A stretch of DNA of 59,032 bases from a virus (lineage: Duplodnaviria; Caudoviricetes): the IMG/VR virus record IMGVR_UViG_3300025767_000019, positions 1 to 59,032 of that record; one strand, 5' to 3'. Position 1 is the first letter of the stretch. Each line of letters begins with the position of its first letter. The translations under genes were made by a program, and so were the position numbers. The notes beneath the pieces are model-generated. The model worked only from the letters and a program-made list of their open reading frames with translations, did not search any database and was not told where the DNA came from. Positions 56,127 through 59,032 of the stretch are shown here, piece by piece.

Positions 56127-56164
56127 TATTTATAATGGTTTTGTTTATAAAACCATTATAAATA
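56127..56164. promoter_or_regulatory. divergent pair of late promoters forming a perfect 16-bp inverted repeat
   Basis: TATTTATAATGGTTTT-gtttat-AAAACCATTATAAATA; TATAAATA on minus (56127-56134) and plus (56157-56164). Confidence 0.85.
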
Positions 56165-56197
56165 AAGGGAGTAGGCAACAACGTTCACAGGTTTAAC

Positions 56198-56551
56198 ATG
56201 GCACAATACGAAGAATTTACAATAGATCAAGGAACTGATGTATCCATTGAGATTCATCTCACCAACACTGATGGTTCAAAGAAAAACCTCAATGGTTATG
56301 ATATCGCAGCTGTCATGAAGAAAAACTATAATAGTGGTGATTCCGATTCCTTGGCATTTACAGGTATAGTAGCGGAGCCCGTGACAGCTGGTATTATCAA
56401 CCTGTCTTTGACTAATGTACAAACAGATAGTCTACGACCTGGCAAGTATGTTTATGATGTAGAAATTTCTTACGATGAAGATAGTGCTACAGTTATCCGA
56501 GAGAGAGTGTTGGAGGGTAAAATATTTGTAACCCCTTCTGTCACAAGGTAA
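56198..56551 (+). CDS. small virion structural protein (Ig/BppU-like)
   Basis: IDQG.D......L.GY...A..K.Y...G.I.LSL....T..L..G.YVYDVE...RVLEG...V.P.VT. Confidence 0.75.
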   Translation: MAQYEEFTIDQGTDVSIEIHLTNTDGSKKNLNGYDIAAVMKKNYNSGDSDSLAFTGIVAEPVTAGIINLSLTNVQTDSLRPGKYVYDVEISYDEDSATVIRERVLEGKIFVTPSVTR

Positions 56552-56555
56552 ATAA

Positions 56556-57413
56556 ATGTCTTCAGAAAAGTTTAACGTCAGTGTAAGTCAAAAGACTACT
56601 GTTAAGATATCGGAGGGTCAAACTCTTGTATCGAAGGTAGTTATTGGAACTCCGATTCGCTCTATTGAGCAAGCCCGGTTTGACGCTGCCACGTTAAACC
56701 GCTTCCCAGGTTCTCATTATCTAGATTGGAATAATTTTACTAATGTTCCAGATAAGGCTATTCTTGAACGAATAGATGAGATTGATGAGTCCGCTGCCGG
56801 CGATGGTTTTTTTGGCGCAGGATTGAAGCTCAATGGTACCATACGGGTTGCCGGCTCTATCATTCCCGACTCTAACGAGCGGTACAACCTGGGTACTCCT
56901 AACTATCGTTGGGGAGCTTTGTATGTAAAAGGACAAACGATTTATGTGGGTTCCCTTGCCATTAGTGATCAGGGAACCGGTCAATTAGCAATTTCAAATA
57001 TTGTGTTTGATCCAACCGGTGAGCCTGACGTTGATTCTGCCGGCAACATTTTAACCATTGGCGCGCAAATTGTAGGTTATTCTGATGAACCCGAAGCGGA
57101 CTTGCTAACAGCTGTTCCCAATCAAATTGTTGATGAATATGATGCGGAATTATATCGAACAAGTAAGTATGTTATTCAAGTAGAACATGATAGTGATAGT
57201 AAATATCAAACCAGCGAGTTGCTGTTGACTCATAACAATACTGACGTATTTTTAACAGAGTTTGCTGTTGTCCAAGCTCAAGATTCATCCATTGCTGAAT
57301 TCACCGCCACGATGGCAACCGGAGCTGCAGATAGTTCTATTGTTACCCTACTAATGAGTCCTGTATACACTAATACCAGTTTTAAATCAAAACGGTTTAG
57401 TATACAATCTTAA
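56556..57413 (+). CDS. virion structural / fibre-associated protein
   Basis: G.IIP.....Y.LG....RW..LY; C-terminal YR..KY.IQ.......Q..E.L..H......TE module. Confidence 0.7.
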   Translation: MSSEKFNVSVSQKTTVKISEGQTLVSKVVIGTPIRSIEQARFDAATLNRFPGSHYLDWNNFTNVPDKAILERIDEIDESAAGDGFFGAGLKLNGTIRVAGSIIPDSNERYNLGTPNYRWGALYVKGQTIYVGSLAISDQGTGQLAISNIVFDPTGEPDVDSAGNILTIGAQIVGYSDEPEADLLTAVPNQIVDEYDAELYRTSKYVIQVEHDSDSKYQTSELLLTHNNTDVFLTEFAVVQAQDSSIAEFTATMATGAADSSIVTLLMSPVYTNTSFKSKRFSIQS

Positions 57414-57429
57414 TAGCGTAATTAAAACA

Positions 57430-57437
57430 TATAAATA
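57430..57437 (+). promoter_or_regulatory. T4-type late promoter
   Basis: TATAAATA upstream of ATG 57482. Confidence 0.78.
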
Positions 57438-57481
57438 ATCAAGTAAATACATGCGTAGCCAAATGTGGAAAGTGAAGCTAG

Positions 57482-57787
57482 ATGGCTGTTAATAAAAATT
57501 TTATTGTAAAACGAGGGATTGAGATCAACGACAGTGCGATCGTGCACGGTGTTCTTTCAGCTTCGGGATTGCGATATCCTGTAACAGACGGTAGTAATAA
57601 TGATGTTGTAAAAACCAATGGTAATGGAATATTATCGTTGGGTAAACTTGCACTTAGAGATCTATCTGATATAGATGTGCAAAGTCTTGCGGATGAAGGG
57701 TTACTTGCGTATGATTCTGCGACCAGTAAATGGGTTGCGACAAACGAAATTTCAGTGGATGTTAATTCCGACGGAGGCTTTTATTAA
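57482..57787 (+). CDS. small fibre-associated virion protein
   Basis: F.VK.G, P..DG....V.KTNG.G.LS, L.DL.D.D......G.L.Y......W, DGG.Y end. Confidence 0.72.
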   Translation: MAVNKNFIVKRGIEINDSAIVHGVLSASGLRYPVTDGSNNDVVKTNGNGILSLGKLALRDLSDIDVQSLADEGLLAYDSATSKWVATNEISVDVNSDGGFY

Positions 57788-59032
57788 TGGCATCAATAAT
57801 TAAAATTAAACGGTCAGGTACCTCAGGGGCCCCCAGTTCGCTAAAACAAGGCGAATTAGCATATTCCTACTTAGCTGGAGACCAGTCCAACGGTGGTGAC
57901 AGGCTGTATGTGGGTACGGGTGCCGTTGACGGCAATGGCAATGCTACAAGTTTGGATGTCGTGGGTGGTAAGTACTTTACTGATCAGTTGGATCATGTAA
58001 AAGGCGCGCTGACGGCAAATAGTGCTATAGTAGTTGATGCTAACAGCAAGATCGACAACATAAGGATTGACAACATTGACATTGACGGTAATACTATTAG
58101 CTCTACTAATGCTAATGGTAATATTGTTATTGATCCCAATGGTATCGGTACAGTTGATGTTTCGGGTGCTCGGGTCACTAATGCTGGGACCCCTTCGGCA
58201 GGTACAGACCTAGCAACTAAAGATTACGTTGATAATAACGTAGGTGCTACACAGTTGACGATTATCGGTAATACCGGCACTGATACTATCAACACGCAAG
58301 ATTCGGATGTTACCTTTACTGGTACAGATGGTATTGTTACAGCGGTCACCGATAACACAGTTACATATTCTATATCAGACGGTGGTATTGCCAGTGCAAA
58401 GCTAGCCAACTCAGGTGTTACCCTTGGAACGTATGGCGGCGCTAGCGCAGTTCCTATTATAACTGTTAATGCCAAGGGTCAAATCACCGGCGTATCTACA
58501 GCTACAATCTCTGGCGAGATGAGCATTACCGGTGACACTGGTTCGGATACTGTCAGCCTTAGAGATTCTGGACTAGATTTTGCCGGCGGTACTGGTCTCA
58601 CAACAGCGGTTACTAATAATGTTGTAACCATCAACCTTGATAATACAGGGGTTACACCAGCCTCATATGGCGATGCTACAAACATTCCCACGTTTACTGT
58701 TGATCAGCAAGGTCGATTAACAGCTGCCGGCACAGTTGCTGTTGCAGGTACACTAACAACTGCTGGTACAAGTGGTACGGGGGACGTTAGCTTACTTGAC
58801 TCATCACTGACCGTTGATGGAGCTGATGGTATTAATACTACCGCTTCTGGCGCATCTATTACTGTGGGGTTGACGGATGGTGGCATTGCAAGTGCTAAGT
58901 TAGCCGACACAACTGTTGTTGCTGGAGCTTACGGATCTGAAGCTGCAATCCCAACGTTCACTGTTAACGCAAAAGGTCAGATAACTGCTGCTGGTACAGT
59001 AAGTGTTTCATCAACTTTAACTACTGCTGGCG
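57787..59032 (+). CDS. long tail fibre protein, N-terminal part (3' truncated by window)
   Basis: TAATG-coupled ATG; MASIIKIKRS....AP..L..GELAYS...GDRLY.G; DLATKDYVD; repeats of GVT.G.YG....IP..TV...G..T; open to window end, absent from ORF track. Confidence 0.85.
   Translation, partial: MASIIKIKRSGTSGAPSSLKQGELAYSYLAGDQSNGGDRLYVGTGAVDGNGNATSLDVVGGKYFTDQLDHVKGALTANSAIVVDANSKIDNIRIDNIDIDGNTISSTNANGNIVIDPNGIGTVDVSGARVTNAGTPSAGTDLATKDYVDNNVGATQLTIIGNTGTDTINTQDSDVTFTGTDGIVTAVTDNTVTYSISDGGIASAKLANSGVTLGTYGGASAVPIITVNAKGQITGVSTATISGEMSITGDTGSDTVSLRDSGLDFAGGTGLTTAVTNNVVTINLDNTGVTPASYGDATNIPTFTVDQQGRLTAAGTVAVAGTLTTAGTSGTGDVSLLDSSLTVDGADGINTTASGASITVGLTDGGIASAKLADTTVVAGAYGSEAAIPTFTVNAKGQITAAGTVSVSSTLTTAG

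Overview
This window is a 59 kb segment of a large T4-like myophage genome, with a gene order resembling the aquatic, cyanomyovirus-type T4-likes. The host cannot be assigned from this window. From left to right: (1) the RNase H C-terminus, FmdB-like, phoH and glutaredoxin genes; (2) an 11-gene operon of a HAD phosphatase and glycosyl-, methyl- and pyruvyl-transferases, closed by a terminator; (3) a hypervariable early region of small ORFs driven by repeated TTGAC-N17-GATAAT promoter/leader cassettes, with a DenV-like glycosylase, dCMP deaminase, tRNA-Arg(UCU) and an M15 endolysin; (4) gp33 and gp32; (5) the tail/baseplate module (tape-measure-like, gp51, 26, 54, 2, 4, 48, 53, hub, a gp5 locus split over three genes, 25, 6, 7-like, 9-like, 8, VrlC-like, fibres) with TATAAATA late promoters; (6) an inverted island of glycosyltransferase, Asp/Asn-hydroxylase and GNAT-like genes among the fibre genes. 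The most notable signal is a strong enrichment of Asp-Ser / Asp-Ser-Asp motifs in the outer baseplate and fibre proteins. Together with about 8 phage glycosyltransferases, this suggests a sequon-directed virion O-glycosylation system (hypothesis). Annotations come from motif recognition and synteny only; no database searches were run.
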